From NCBI GenBank assembly GCA_043228905.1, contig JBHGNT010000010.1:13764001-13828000 (forward strand): a DNA stretch of 64,000 nt. The letters are read 5' to 3'. Position numbers and translations under genes: made by a program. The notes under the pieces are model-generated. The model was not told the DNA's origin, did not search any database, and saw nothing but the letters and a program-made list of their open reading frames with translations. Source of the stretch: Azolla caroliniana (lineage: Eukaryota > Plantae > Polypodiophyta). The number at the start of each line of letters is the position of its first letter. Position 1 is the first letter of the stretch. Shown in pieces: positions 50,809-64,000 of this stretch.

Positions 50809-53295
50809 AGCACACCCGAGAATTGCCGCAACTTGTTGAGACCAAGGGGCTTGGTGAAGATGTCGGCAGTCTGCCGATCCGTCGTTACATATGCTAGTTC
50901 GACTTCACCGGAGAGGACATGCTCGCAGACAAAATGGTAGTGCACCTCAATGTGCTTGGTCCGGGCATGGAAGACGGGGTTTTTCACAAGTTGGATGTTG
51001 TTGAGGTTGTCGCAGTAGATCATCGTTAGAGCGGACACCTCCACATGCAGATCCTTGAGTAACCGCTTGAGCCAAATGGCTTCGCATGTCATGACAGGCG
51101 CTCATCAATACTCAGCCTCCATGCTCGATAGTGCAACTATCGACTGCTTCTTGCTCCTCCAGGCAATCCCGGCACTCTCGCTTTAAGCGAATCCAGAGAT
51201 GTGGATCTACAATCGTCGAGGTTTCTGGCCCAATCGGAATCTGAGTAGCCGGCGAACTATGTGACAATACTGGTCCGATATAGTAGTGCCCTGTTCTTAG
51301 TGCCGCGGACATAACACAATATCCTTTGCGCGGACTGAAAGTGTTCGTACTTGGGCTGCAACATAAATTGACTGATCAAGCCGATCGGGTAATTGACATC
51401 CGGTTGAGCGATCGTCAAATAAATTAGGCTTCCGACAATCTGTCGGAACCGTGTCAAGTCGCACACCTTCCTCGAATCTCGGCAAAGCTTGAGGTTCCTT
51501 TCCAAAGGAGTTGAGATGGACTTATAGTCTGCCATCCCGAATTTGAAGAGCATACTTAGCACATAATGTCGTTCACTGATCAGTATGCCTTCAGGGGTGC
51601 GGCTCACTTTGATCCCTAGGAAGTAATGAAGGTCCCCTAGGTCCTTCATGTTGAACTAAACGGTCGATTTCATCTAGGTCGGCGTCGACGATGACTAAAT
51701 CATCAACATAAAGTAAAATACAAACCGGTTGATGTTGACCTTGCCGGATGAACAATCAAGAGACCAATTTGGATGTCGTAAACCCCAGCCAACGTAGGTG
51801 TTGCGTGATCTTCGTGTTCCACGCACGCAGGGCTTGTTTTAGTCCGTAGAGGGACTTCTTCAGTTGGCATACCACTGAAGTGTTCTTTCCGGACTGAAAT
51901 CCGGGAAGTTGTACCATGTACACCTGTTCCTCAAGTTCTCCTTGGAAGAACGCATTCTTTACATCCATCTGATGTAAATGCCACCCCTTCACTGCGGCTA
52001 CCGCAAGCAGAACACGGACGGTTGTCATCTTCATGACAGGCGCAAAGGTTCTATCGTAGTTGATGACGTGTTGCTGTGTGTATCCCTTCACTACTAACCA
52101 GGCCTTGTATGGCATAGCCGTAGGTGTTGTACTCGACCTTGTACACCCACCTGCATCCAATTGGCTTTACACCCTTCGGGGCGTCAACCAGGTCTGAGGT
52201 TTCATTTTCCGCTAACGTGTCCATCTCTTCCTCCATTGCGGCACACCAATTTGCATGCTTTGCCACTTTTGTGTAGCTCTCCAGCTCACGCACTTCTGCC
52301 ACTCGCGTCATGTACTCATAATGATGTGCCATGTACTCGTTGTATCCGAACCGCACCATGGGGTTCTTCTAGCGGGTAGATCGACGTAATTGCTCATTAG
52401 CCGATTTTGAGGCCCTCTTGGCCGATGTGGACTTCGTTTCCGAAGGTCCGTCTTCATTCTTCTTGGAGTCGGATTCACTTCGATCTGACTCGTCTTTAGC
52501 AGTGCCGTACTCCGATATCTTCTTTTTTCCCTTCTCTTTGCGCGTAAACCATCTCCTCGGCTTCCTGCGTGGGGAATGCACGGCCGAGTCTCCACTACTC
52601 GCCGACTCTGTGTCTGACTGGTCATGCGAACTCAGTCACTCATTCGGCCCACTTAGCCTGAATGAGACTGGACTCTCTTCAAGAGCTCCGATGTCTCCTT
52701 CGTCCCGAGGAATTTCAGCCTCACTGACCTCTTCGTCAGAGATCAGAATGGAGTCGTCAGGGGTTGGAGGCAAAGGCAAGTACCACGATGCAAACTCGTC
52801 GAACACAACATCATGACTTATGCGACAAAACAACATCACGACTTATGCGACATTGTTTGGTTCGAGAGTAGCCAACCAAGATACACTTCTCGGCTTTGGC
52901 GTCCAGCTTCCTTCGTTACTCCTTCGGCACATGCACATACGCGATACTACCGACTCGATCTTCTGTCCTTTCGTGAACAACGCGGTTCCGACTTCATTGG
53001 TCTTGAGAATGAACATCCTCCCTTCTCAATGCCCTTGCACAATGACTTTCCCCTCTTCTTTGATTTAGCAACTGAGATGCGTGAATCAAACTTGCATCCC
53101 CTGGTCGACGATCTGTCCGACTGACACCAGGTTCTTCGTTATTGTTGGGACGTGTAGCACGTTCACGATGCGGACTCGTCGAACACAACATCACGACTTA
53201 CACAACATTGTTTGGTTCGGGAGTAGCCAACCAAGATACACTTCTCGGCTTTGGCGTTCAGCTTCCTCCGTTACTCCTTGGCACATGCACATATG
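50809..53295 (-). mobile_element. Copia B-family internal part (RH, RT, scrambled INT fragments), probably the continuation of G
   Basis: HARTKHIEVHYHFV, MKDLGDLHYFLG, HQMDVKNAF, VRFGYNEYMAHHY. Short rearranged pieces at 52800-53295. Confidence 0.8.
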
Positions 53296-55997
53296 AAAAG
53301 AAGAAGGGCTTGATCTTCTGAAAGGAAGTCCGAACCTGCCAAGAAGGGCCTCAAACCGGGTAACGAAAAGTTACGCCGGTCAACCTGTCAGAAGAAAACC
53401 GTCATGAGGTACGGGTACAATGAGTACATGGTGCATCACTATGCGTACATGACTAACATGGCGGAAGTGCGTGAGCCGGAGAGCTACGCAGAAGCAGCAA
53501 GAGACGCAAATTGGCGTGCTGCTATGGAGGAAGAAATGCGAGCACTTGATGCCAATGACACTTGGGACCTGGTTGACCCTCCCCGTTAGTGTAAACCGAT
53601 CGGTTATAAGTGGGTATATAAAGTGAAGTACAATGCCGACGATTCGGTAAACCGGTACAAGGCCCGGTTAATGGCGAAGGGATACGCACAAACCTATGGA
53701 ATTGACTACGACGAGATCTTCGCTCTGGTAGCGAAGATGACGACGGTTCACATGGTGCTAGTGGTTGCTATGGCAAGGGGATGGCATGTTCATCAAATGG
53801 ACGTGAAGAATGTGTTTCTTCAAGGTGACCTTGAAAAATGGGTCTATATGATCCAACCCCTCGGTTTCCATTCAGAGATGAACAAGTCGGTAGTGAGCCG
53901 ACTCAAGCAGTCGCTTTACGGTTTGAAGCAAGCCCCCCGAGGTGGGATTGCGAAGATCACGCACCGGTTCCATACGATGGGGTTTGCAGCCTCAAAGTCT
54001 GACTCATCACTATTCATCCGGATAGGTCCGAATGGTCTGGTTTGGATCCTACTATATATAGATGATTTGGTCATCACCAGACCCAGACTCGATGAAATCC
54101 GCCGAGTGAAATCACAACTGTCGGACACATTTGAAATGAAGGACCTAGGGGACCTTCATTATTTTCTTGGGATCGAAGTGATCTGGAGCCCCGACGGTAT
54201 ATTGCTCTCAGAACACCACTATGTGTTGAATATGTTGTACAAGTTCGGCATGAGGGAATGTCGACCGATCTCCACACCCCTGGATCGGAACCTGCAGCTA
54301 CGCCCGGTTCCGACAAATTGTCGGAAGCCTTATATACTTGATGATCACCCGACCCGACATCAGTTATCCAGTCGGGGCGATCAACCAATTTATGTAGAAG
54401 CCGATCGTGGAGCAGCTTTAGTGTGCGCATAGACTATTGCGATATGTTAGTGGCACGAAGGACCGGGGATTATTATACTGACATGGTGTAGCTGGGAAGC
54501 TTGTCGGATATACCGATGCCGACTGGTCTTGTGATGGATCGGATCATCGATCCACCTCTGGTTACATGTTTTCTCTTCGTAGCGTGGTTGTTGCATGGAG
54601 CAGCAAAAAGCAGCCAACAGTGTCTCTGTCGAGCACTAAGGCTGAATACCGGGGCGCTACCATTGCCACCTATGAAGCCATCTAGCTTAGGCGACTGCTG
54701 CGAGACCTCTAGATTGAGGTGCCGACACCGATCCTAATCTACTGCGACAACGTAAGCAGCATACAACTCACCAAGAACCCTGTATTCCATGCTCGGACAA
54801 AGCACATAGAGGTACATTATCACTTTGTTCGTGAGCGGGTCCTGAGCGGCGAAGTTGAACTTCTGTATGTTCATACGCATCGGCAAGTTGCCAACATCTT
54901 TACTAAGCCGCTTAGATTGGACAAGTTGCAACACTTTTTCTGAAATTCTGGGTCTACAACATCTTGACGCACTTGAGGGGAGAACAGATGGCATAGGACC
55001 AGGAGCCGGAGAGGAAGAAAGAACCAAGGGGGGAGATGAGCAGAAAGAGGAAGCCGAGTTGACCGAAGGAGTTAGCATATCCAAACGAGTCGGAGCTAGC
55101 GGCGGAGGCGGCAGAATCAAGAAGGATAGAGCCGACCAGAAGAAGGCCAAGACCCGGACGTGGTCCGATGTGGTGAAGGACCTAAAAACAGAAGACAAGT
55201 TGGAGACTACCAACTCGGACAAGAGCAAGAACCAATCAGAGGAAGTTGATTCAGTTCAACAGGTGGATTCAGAAGAGCCAGATCAACTAAAGGCCAAGTG
55301 GATGAGAAGGCAGCAAAAGGCGACACCTACACGTAGGATCCGATGGGTCGACAAGCGCTAGAGTCATAGCAACGAAGGAGCTGAGATGGGCCTGTTGAGC
55401 AAACAAGCCGACCAAGGAGGTTGAGGTGCGAAGAACCGGACGGGTCGTGGGAAGTAGAACTGGACCGGACGAGGAGCACGAGCAAGATGGGAGGACGTCA
55501 GAAGGAGCTGGAGCAAAGGACCGGTTACTGCAGAGACTGACGCCACAATCCGACCTCAAATGTTGAGTGAGGGGGAGTGTTAGATGGGAGGACGTCAGAA
55601 GGAGCCGGAGCAAAGGACCGGTTACTGCAGAGACTGACGCCACAATCCGACCTCAAATGTTGAGTGAGGGGGAGTGTTGAACGAGCAAGCTCAACAATAT
55701 CCGGATCGGCTGAACAAGCTAGAGCCGGATCGGTGTCAGGATAGTATCCGGAACTAGGAGCCGGATCGGTGAGCCAGATTCAAATGTGAACTACAAGGCT
55801 AGTAGTAGCCTACACTCCTAGACTACTAGGTAGTCAGAGTCCTCGTAGTTAGTGTCAGCCGCTTGTATGAGCATTGAAGTACATAGTATTTCTGTGAGTC
55901 CTTTTGAGGACTTGTATAAATAGTGGCGTGTAGCACGTTGTATGTAGAAAGTTTCATAGAGTGATACAGTGTGTTAATTTTTTAATAGAGTTTATGT

Positions 55998-56056
<59 letters not shown>

Positions 56057-56155
56057 TATGCTAAATACTCTCAAGCTTCCATTGAACCCATTTTTCTATT
56101 TTCTGTTGCTACCCGGCTAAACCGGTTTTGTCAAGCTTCCGCATGCTAACTTTCA
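53296..56155 (+). mobile_element. Copia I (B family), 3' part: RT, RH, tail, duplicated PPT, 3' LTR 55675-56155 containing (CT)n
   Basis: KARLMAKGY, LYIDDL, HARTKHIEVHY, tail KKAKTRTWSDVVK. 97-bp duplication at 55485/55582. (CT)n at ~56002-56052. Confidence 0.87.
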
Positions 56156-57756
56156 CAATCTTCGACCTTCTCCCGGAGCTAGTGATATCTCCTCTGGATG
56201 TGCTTGGTCCGGGAGTGGTAGGCCGCGTTCTTTGTGAGGTGGATGGAACTTTGACGGTCGCAGTGGAGATGCAATTCCTCATGTCGAATCCCTACCTCTA
56301 TGATGAAGTCCTTCATCCAAAATTACCTCTTTACCAACTTCTACAGCCGCAATGTACTCCGCTTCCATTGTCGACAGTGCAACAGACTTCTGCAGCCTCG
56401 ACTGCCATGATACGGCTCTCCCTGCATATGTCATGACATATCTGGATGTAGATCGGTTGGTATCCGTATCAGCTGACATATTCGAATTCGTGAATCCTTC
56501 AATTTGGGGTTTTCCTAAGCGAATATGTCAGCCGACATATCCTTCAAGTTGCCGAATCGGAGGCACATACTCGAGGTGCCTTTCAAGTAATGGAGTATCC
56601 ACTTAACCATTGTCCAATGTTCTCTTCCCAGATTGCTCATGAACCGGATGACCACTCCGAGTGCATATCCTATATCCGGTTGGGTACACACCATTGCGTA
56701 CATCAAGCTTCCGATGGCAGAGGCATATGACACCTTCATCATTTCTAACTTCTCTGTCTTTGTCTTCGGACTTCGTTTTACGGACAACTTGCCACTTGTT
56801 GGATGTGTCGATCCGACCGGCTTCGCATCTATCATGCTGAACCGTTGCAACACCTTCGTCTCGTACTTCTCATGTGACATCCACAATAGCTTCTTCGGCC
56901 GGTCCCGTACTATGTGCATCCCCAATATCTGTCTCACCGGACCTAAATCTTTTATTGAGAAGGTCCGGTTCAAGGCCTTATTTAGATTCCCGATTTTGGT
57001 CGGTTTGGTCCGACGATCACCATGTCATCCACATATAGCAGGAGCATTAGGAAGTCTCCTCCAATGAACTTCTTCACAAATACACAGTGGTCAACATTCG
57101 TCTTGCGGTATCCTTGATCGGTTATGAAGGAGATGAACTTTCGGTACCATGGTTGGGGAGCTTGCTTTAGCCCGTATAAGCTCTTCTTCAACATGCACAC
57201 CAGGTGCTCCTTCCCTTTCTTGACAAATCCCTCCGGCTGCTGCATGTAGATCTCTTCTTTGAGGTCATCGTGTAGGAATGTTGTTTTGACATCTAGTTGC
57301 TCTACCTCTCGAGGTCCATGCTTGCCGCTATGCTCAACACAATCCAGATAGATGTCATTTTTAATATCAGGTCAAAGGTCTCGTCGAAATCCACTCCGTT
57401 CTTTTGCTGGAACCTCTTCACCATGATCCCCACTTTGTATCTTGGTGGATTTCAGGCGTCTCCCACTTTCAGCTTGTACACCCACTTGTACACCCACTTG
57501 TTCCATCTATTTATATGTGTGGTTCTCATGCAGGGAATCCATCTCGTCCTGGATGGCGCTTAACCACATGCGGCTGTGGCTATTTTTCTTCGCTTCCTCG
57601 AAGCTTTCTAGCTCCCCCTCATCGGTTAGTAACACATGCTCTACATCTGGAAATCTCCAGGGGGGGGGCTTCTCTCTCTGAGAGGATATCTTCTTCCTCG
57701 GTCTTTGTCCATTGGTTCCTCTCTGTTTTTGTAGAGAAACGAATCCTCGATCGACA
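56156..57756 (-). mobile_element. Tnt1/Tork-like copia J, RT/RH fragment (E family)
   Basis: MQQPEGFVKKGKEHLVC, LYVDDM, SLMYAMVCT, WQSRLQKSVALST. Confidence 0.82.
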
Positions 57757-59098
57757 TGAAGGAATGCACTGAAATACACCGTTAGGAAACACAGGAAAAA
57801 AACAGTGTACACAGATTTTATGTGGAAACCCTAAAGCAGGCGAAAACCACAGAGAACGGAGCTTCACTATACAGTGGATATACAATGACAAGATTAGAGT
57901 ACAACAGTCTCTACACCGAGTGTATCAACCGTGCAAGGCTCTTGGCGTATGCTGTTACAGAACACAACTATGGCGTCGCTCGCTCAGTCTCTCTTAATGT
58001 TCTCACTCTTCTCTATATTTTTCTACAACAGAGGATCACACACTTGTCACACTAAATTTTGTTTTTCCTAGGTGTATTTATACTAATAAACAGAATGGGC
58101 TATTTAAAATATTGGGCATTATTACTATCCAATAATAATAATAATAGTCTTACTAATCAGCCGACTCATTCGTCGACTGTTGGGTCGGTTCGACTAGTCG
58201 ACCTGGTCATCGACCATCCGATCAGCTCGACTAGTCGGTTGTGTCTTTGACCTCAATCAACTCTCTCTGAGTCAGCTCCTCAACTGTCGGCTCTCTCCGA
58301 GCAGTCAGTTCCTACCACTTGAAGGACATATTCCTAACAAACTCCCCCCTCACTCATGTGGGGAGAAGTCTATTATTCCTGTCCCCCTATCGAGAGACTC
58401 TAAGTCGGTCCATCGGTAGGTTCTTTGTCAGCATGTCAGATCCATTGTCATCAGTATGGATCTTTATGAGGGTAAACTCTTCTTCTTCGATTTTCTCTTG
58501 TAGCTAGTGATACCTTCTCTGTATGTGTTTGGTCCGTGAGTGGTATGCAACATTCTAGGCTAGATGTATGACACTCTGGCTGTCACAGTGAAGCAAGTAA
58601 TCCTTTTGCTTCATCCCCAACTCACTTATAAAGTTTCTCATCCAAATCAACTCCTTGCCGACCTCTACCGCTGCCATGTACTCTGCCTTTGTGGTCGACA
58701 AGGCCACAGATTTTTGTAGTCGTGACTGCCACAACACTACTCCCCCTACATAGGTCATCACGTACCCTGATGTGGGTCGGCATGTCCAACATGTCCAAGT
58801 CAGTAAACCCTTCGAGCATGGGTTTTCTGACACCATACTTAAGACACAAACCCGAGGTGCCTTTTAAGTATCTGAGTATCCATTTCACTGCTCTGCTGCC
58901 CAGTGTTCTTGTCCTAGACTACTCATGTATCGGCTTATTGTTCCCACAGAAAATGCTATGTTTGGTCTTGTGCAGACCATAGCGTACCTTAGACTGCTGA
59001 CGAATGAGGCTTATGGTACTTTCCTCATCTCAGCCTTTTCTTTCTCCCCTCTCGAGCATTGCTTTGCATTTCACTTGCACTTAGTCGGCAACACAGAG
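57757..59098 (-). mobile_element. Tnt1/Tork-like copia K, 3' end (RT/RH remnant, PPT, 3' LTR ~57757-58339)
   Basis: WQSRLQKSVALSTTKAEY, LHCDSQSVIHLA. CTCCCCCCTC PPT next to ...TTCCTAACA. Confidence 0.75.
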
Positions 59099-62000
59099 TG
59101 TCATGATATGGCAAGACTCGAACCCATGACCTTATGCTACATGGGTCAAGCTCTTACCATTAGACTATGAATTGTAATTTGTAAAATATTATTTTTATTT
59201 ATGTTTAATCATAGAAAATTGATGTATATTCTAGATCTCTCTGGAACATTCTAGAAGCTTCAGGATTATTCCTAAAAACACTATAAAAGGAGGCACAAGG
59301 CATTGTTTTGAACCAAATTGGTTCAACGCCAGTCTTAAGCCTCTTAGCCGATTTGTACTTATCCTTCATATAATATAAGAGCTGTTGTCATCATCCTATC
59401 TCTCTCTCTCCTCTTCTCACTTCCTCTCTCTCGGGAATCTTACGCAGTCCCGTCCTCTTAGTACTAATTCCATCTCTGCTTTAGTACTATTCCTGACAGT
59501 TTGAACCAATTTTTTTCTTTCCTCCAGCCTACTTGTCGTTCTCCCTCATCCTCCTACCCTTTTCCCTCTACTATGGCTATTGTTAGCGCCCAAGAATATC
59601 AATCCGTTTTCTCCGAGTTACAATGCCTAAAAGAAAAGTTTGTTGCCCTGGAACAAGAAAACCAACGGCTGATAGGGGATCTGCAACAAATCGCTCTAGA
59701 AAAGCAACAAACGCAGCAACAACATGGGGAGTTAGCGTTACGGGTGCAACAACTCGAAGCGGCATTGCAACAACAAGGATCAAGTCCCCAAGGATTTCAT
59801 AAAGAGTCGAAGATTGGACTTGTGAAATTTGATGGAACGCGATTGCAATTCAGGGGATTCCTTAATTAGGTACGATTAGTCCTCCAAATGCATCCTTCCC
59901 GATACCCCACTGATGCATCCCGAGTTGGCTTAATAGGCACGTTGCTTAGTGGCTTAGCCTTAGCATGGTTCGCTTCGCTTCTAGAAAAACAATCGCCCTT
60001 GCTTAATAACTTTGAAGATTTTATTAGTGAGTTCAAAGCCTGCTTTGGAGACACCGACAGCATCAGGACGGCGATCAACAAGATCCGGCGATTGCGTCAA
60101 GGCGATCGTCCAGCCTCGGCCTACGCGGCGGATTTCCGCCTACTCGCTTCCGACATACCCTGGGATGATCAAGCACTAATGGAGCAGTTTCGCTATGGCC
60201 TGCGAAATGATGTCAAAGATCTACTTCTAACCTTCCCCGAAGAACCAAAGTCTCTTACGGAGGCAATCAGTCGAGCAGTCCGATGTGACAACCGCCTTTT
60301 CGAACGGCGTTCGAAACGTCAATTACAGATACCACGCGCTAGGCCGGAGCCCACTTATGCCGCAGTCGTGGCTAGACCATTTGCACGAGACATACCTCAA
60401 GCAAATACTTCGACACCGATGGAGATCGATACCATGCGTTGACGTGGCTCATTATCGGAAGAAGAAAAGCAACGACAACGTGCAAATCAATTATGTCTTT
60501 ATTGCAGTGGACCAGGGCATATCACAATCAATTGTCCCCATAAGCCAAGAAGACAGGTAAATCAAATTGTAGCCTGTACTAAACCCGAGTCAATTCTTCC
60601 CTCAGGAGTGTCTGATAGTATTAATAGTACTAATAGAGTGTTTGATAGTATTCATAGTACTAATAGCCCAAGTATCTCAAATAAATTTGAAATCCTTAGT
60701 CAATTAGATGAAGAGTTAAACGATTGAGTCCAGCCAAAATAGGAGTCGTTTGGTTGGACAACAGCCCTAGATCTGTATAGCCCATTAGTGGTTCCATTCC
60801 TTCCAAGCAAGTTAGCAATGTGTTCCTAGCCCAAGTCATTGTTAGTACTAAAAGTACTCCCCCAGTACCCGTCCTAGCACTTTTAGATTCCGGAGCTAAT
60901 AAAGTCACCATCCGGAATAGGTATGCACTTCCTCTTATATCAAGTCTTTTAGAGTGAGTTAATGGTGCCAAGTTTTTTACTAAAATCGACCTACGAGGAG
61001 CATATAACCTCGTGCGGATCCGACCGGGAGATGAGTGGAAGACCGCCTTTAGCACGCGGTATGGGCATTTCGAGTATACTGTTATGCCGTTTGGCCTAAC
61101 CAATGCACCCGCAGTCTTCCAACACATGGCAAATGATATATTCAGAGACCTCTTGGATATCTGTTTGATCATTTATCTGGATCATCTATTGATTTATTCG
61201 AAGACCCAGGAAGAGCACGATTCTCATGTACTATTAGTACTAAAGCGACTCCGCGAGAATGGTCTTTATGCCAAGCTAGAAAAATGTAGCTTTGACTGCA
61301 AGCAAGTGGAATTTCTAGGCTACGTCAGCTCCTCAAAGGGCATCGCCATGGATCCAGCTAAAATCCAAACTATACTAGAGTGGCAAATTCCACAGTCGGT
61401 ACGAGATGTACAATTTTTTCTAGGTTTTGCTAACTTCTACCGTAAGTTTATACAGGATTACTCGAAGATTATTTTACCTCTCACACAACTTACGAAGAAG
61501 GGCCAAGCACTTCTTTGGTCCATAGAAGCAGATATGGCTTTTCAACATCTTAAGAAAGCCTTTACATCAACATCGATTCTAGCTCATGTGGATACAAGCA
61601 AACCATTCATCATGGAGGCCGACGCATCAGATTTCGCCCTCGGTAGCATCCTTTCTCAACAAGGCGATAAAGAAGAGTTGCATCCGGTGGCTTTCCATTC
61701 GCGCAAATTCGATGTCGCAGAAATCAACTACGAAATACATGACAAGGAGTTATTAGCCATCGTGGATTCATTTGTACAATGGCGGCATTTCTTAGAGGGC
61801 TCTCCACATCAGGTCATTGTCTTTAGCGATCATAAAAATCTTGCTTATTTTCAGAATGCTCGTGTACTAAATCGACGGCAAGCTCGGTGGGCACAATTCC
61901 TCACGCGTTTCGACTTCAAAATCACATATCCACCGGGGAAGCAGCAAGGAAAAGCAGATGCACTATCACGGCGTTCATATCTTGCACCTCGTCCTGGTGA

Positions 62001-64000
62001 CGCAACATTTGATAATCAAAAGCAAGTAATCTTGGGACCAACACGATTGCACACGACGCGGATTTTTCACACCCCGATGGATTCACGGATTACCGATGAC
62101 ATACGTGCAACCTTGAAGACGGATAGTTTTGCTCAAGACATCCTGGTGCACATTGATACTTCTCGGGCATCCTGTTCTCGGTCTCAACAACCAGGTATTG
62201 ACTACTGACAATTCGAATATCATGATGGTTTGTTATTCTTTAAAAAGCGCGTATATGTCCCCGATTGCTCCTGTCGCCTTCAAATCGTCCAACATTGTCA
62301 CGACACCCATATGGCGGGACATTTCGGTAGTACTAAGACGTTGGAGCTAGTGCAGCGATCTTTTTGGTGGCCCCACATGCGCCGTTTTGTTGACGACTAC
62401 GTTCGAACCTGTGATGCTTGTTGCCGAGCAAAGATGCCACGACACCATCCATATGGCTTGTTGGAACCCTTACCGATTCCAAGTAAGCCGTGGCAGTCTA
62501 TTTGTCTTGATTTTATCACAGATCTGCCGGTCTCGAAGGGGTTCGATGCTATCCTAACCGTCGTCGATCGATACACGAAGATGGCACATTTTGTGCCATG
62601 TACTAAAGCCATCACTAGCGAGGAAACCGTCGCTCTTGTTATGCGTGAGGTATTTCGGCATCATGGCCTCCCAGACAGTATTATCAGTGACCGAGGCCCG
62701 TAATTCGTCTCCAAATTTTGGCAGCATCTCTTCAAGATGCTCAAGTCTCCTACAACCTCTCCTCCGGCTACCATCCTCAGACCGACGGGCAGGCGGAACG
62801 AACAAACCAAACGCTGGAGCAATATCTCCGGTGTTTCCTGAGTTATCAATAGGACGATTGGGCTGAGATTCTCCACTTTGTGGAGTTTGCGTATAATAAT
62901 GCTATTCACTCCTCGACTCGGGTCTCCCCATTTTTCGCTTATACCGGTTTCCATCCTCGCTGGTCAGTGATCGACACTCCGGAGCTACCTACCAACCCTC
63001 GTGCCGAGGATCATTTGGAGAGGCTACGCAAGATCCAGATGGATCTCTCTACGCACCTTCGTCATGCTCAACACACACAGAAGACTTATGCGGATCGTCA
63101 TCGGATTCCCTCCTCTTTTGCCATCGGAGATTGAGTATGGCTCTTACGTCGTCACATCAAGACTACTCGATCGTGCGACAAGTTGGATTATCGACGACTC
63201 GGTCCCTTCCGTATTACGGGTAAGATTAATGATGTCACCTTCCGCCTTGATCTCCCTCCGTAGCTTTAGATACATCCGGTTTTCCATTGTTCTCTTCTTG
63301 AACCTTATAAAGCAAACACCATTCCCGATCGTGTGACACCACCGCCGCCCCCGCTGGAGTTGGACGCCGGCCCAGAGTATGAAGTTGCTGCCATCCTCGA
63401 TTCCAAACTTGTTCGCAACAAACTTTATTACTTGGTCGATTGGCTCGGTTATAGTCCGAGCGAACGTACCTGGGAACCTGTCGAGCATGTTGCCAATGCA
63501 CAGGATCTTCTTGTCGATTTCCACCGAAAGTATCCGAACAAAACCCGGTCCACAATTAGCGCCGACTCGTTCCACTCATCGTCTTTAAGGGGGAGATAGT
63601 GTCATGATATGGCAAGACTCGAACCCATGACCTTATGTTACATGGGTCGAGCTCTTACCATTAGACTATGAATTATAATTTGTAAGATATTATTTTTATT
63701 TATGTTTTATCATAGAAAATTGATGTATATTCCAGATCTCTCTGGAACATTCTAGAAGCTTCAGGATTATTCCTAAAAACACTATAAAAGGAGGCACAAG
63801 GCATTGTTTTGAACCAAATTGGTTCAACACTAGTCTTAAGCTTCTTAGCCGATTTGTACTTATCTTTCATATAATATAAGAACTGCTGTCATCATCCTAT
63901 CTCTCTCTCTCCTCTTCTCACTTCCTCTCTCTCGGGAATCTTACGCAGTCCCATCCTCTTAGTACTAATAGTATTGTTCTTCTTAGTACTAATTCCATCT
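59099..64000 (+). mobile_element. Chromovirus (Tcn1/Tf1-sushi-like gypsy) L: 5' LTR 59099-59498, gag, PR/RT (partly deleted near 60900), RH, INT, chromodomain, 3' LTR from 63600
   Basis: PEG10/sushi-like gag (KFDG.R..FRGFLNQ, LRQG, PMEID), LLDSGA, RIRPGDEWKTAF, EADASDFALG, GPF/Y motif, chromodomain EYEVAAILDS...YLVDWLGY...TWEP. Matching LTRs start TGTCATGATATGG. Confidence 0.93.

Overview
Eukaryotic repeat-dense DNA with no host protein-coding gene. The element types suggest a non-seed plant, probably a bryophyte (inference). Most of the window is nested, decayed LTR retrotransposons: several Ty1/copia copies from two families, a tRNA-Trp-primed Ty3/gypsy family, a non-chromoviral gypsy with an extra 3' ORF, a Tcn1-like chromovirus, and solo LTRs. 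The standout is a ~8.2 kb DNA transposon (40543-48774) with 24-bp inverted repeats. It carries a DUF7869/Sola1-like DDD transposase on + and, divergently on -, a spliced gene fusing a ParB/Srx-like domain to a prokaryotic-type beta-class amino (N4-C/N6-A) DNA methyltransferase. A palindrome array lies between the two genes. This copy is pseudogenised. It sits inside an inverted copy of 26474-30205 that is flanked by a ~600-bp direct duplication, a template-switch-type rearrangement. All coordinates were read by eye and family names come from motif recognition; no database searches were run.
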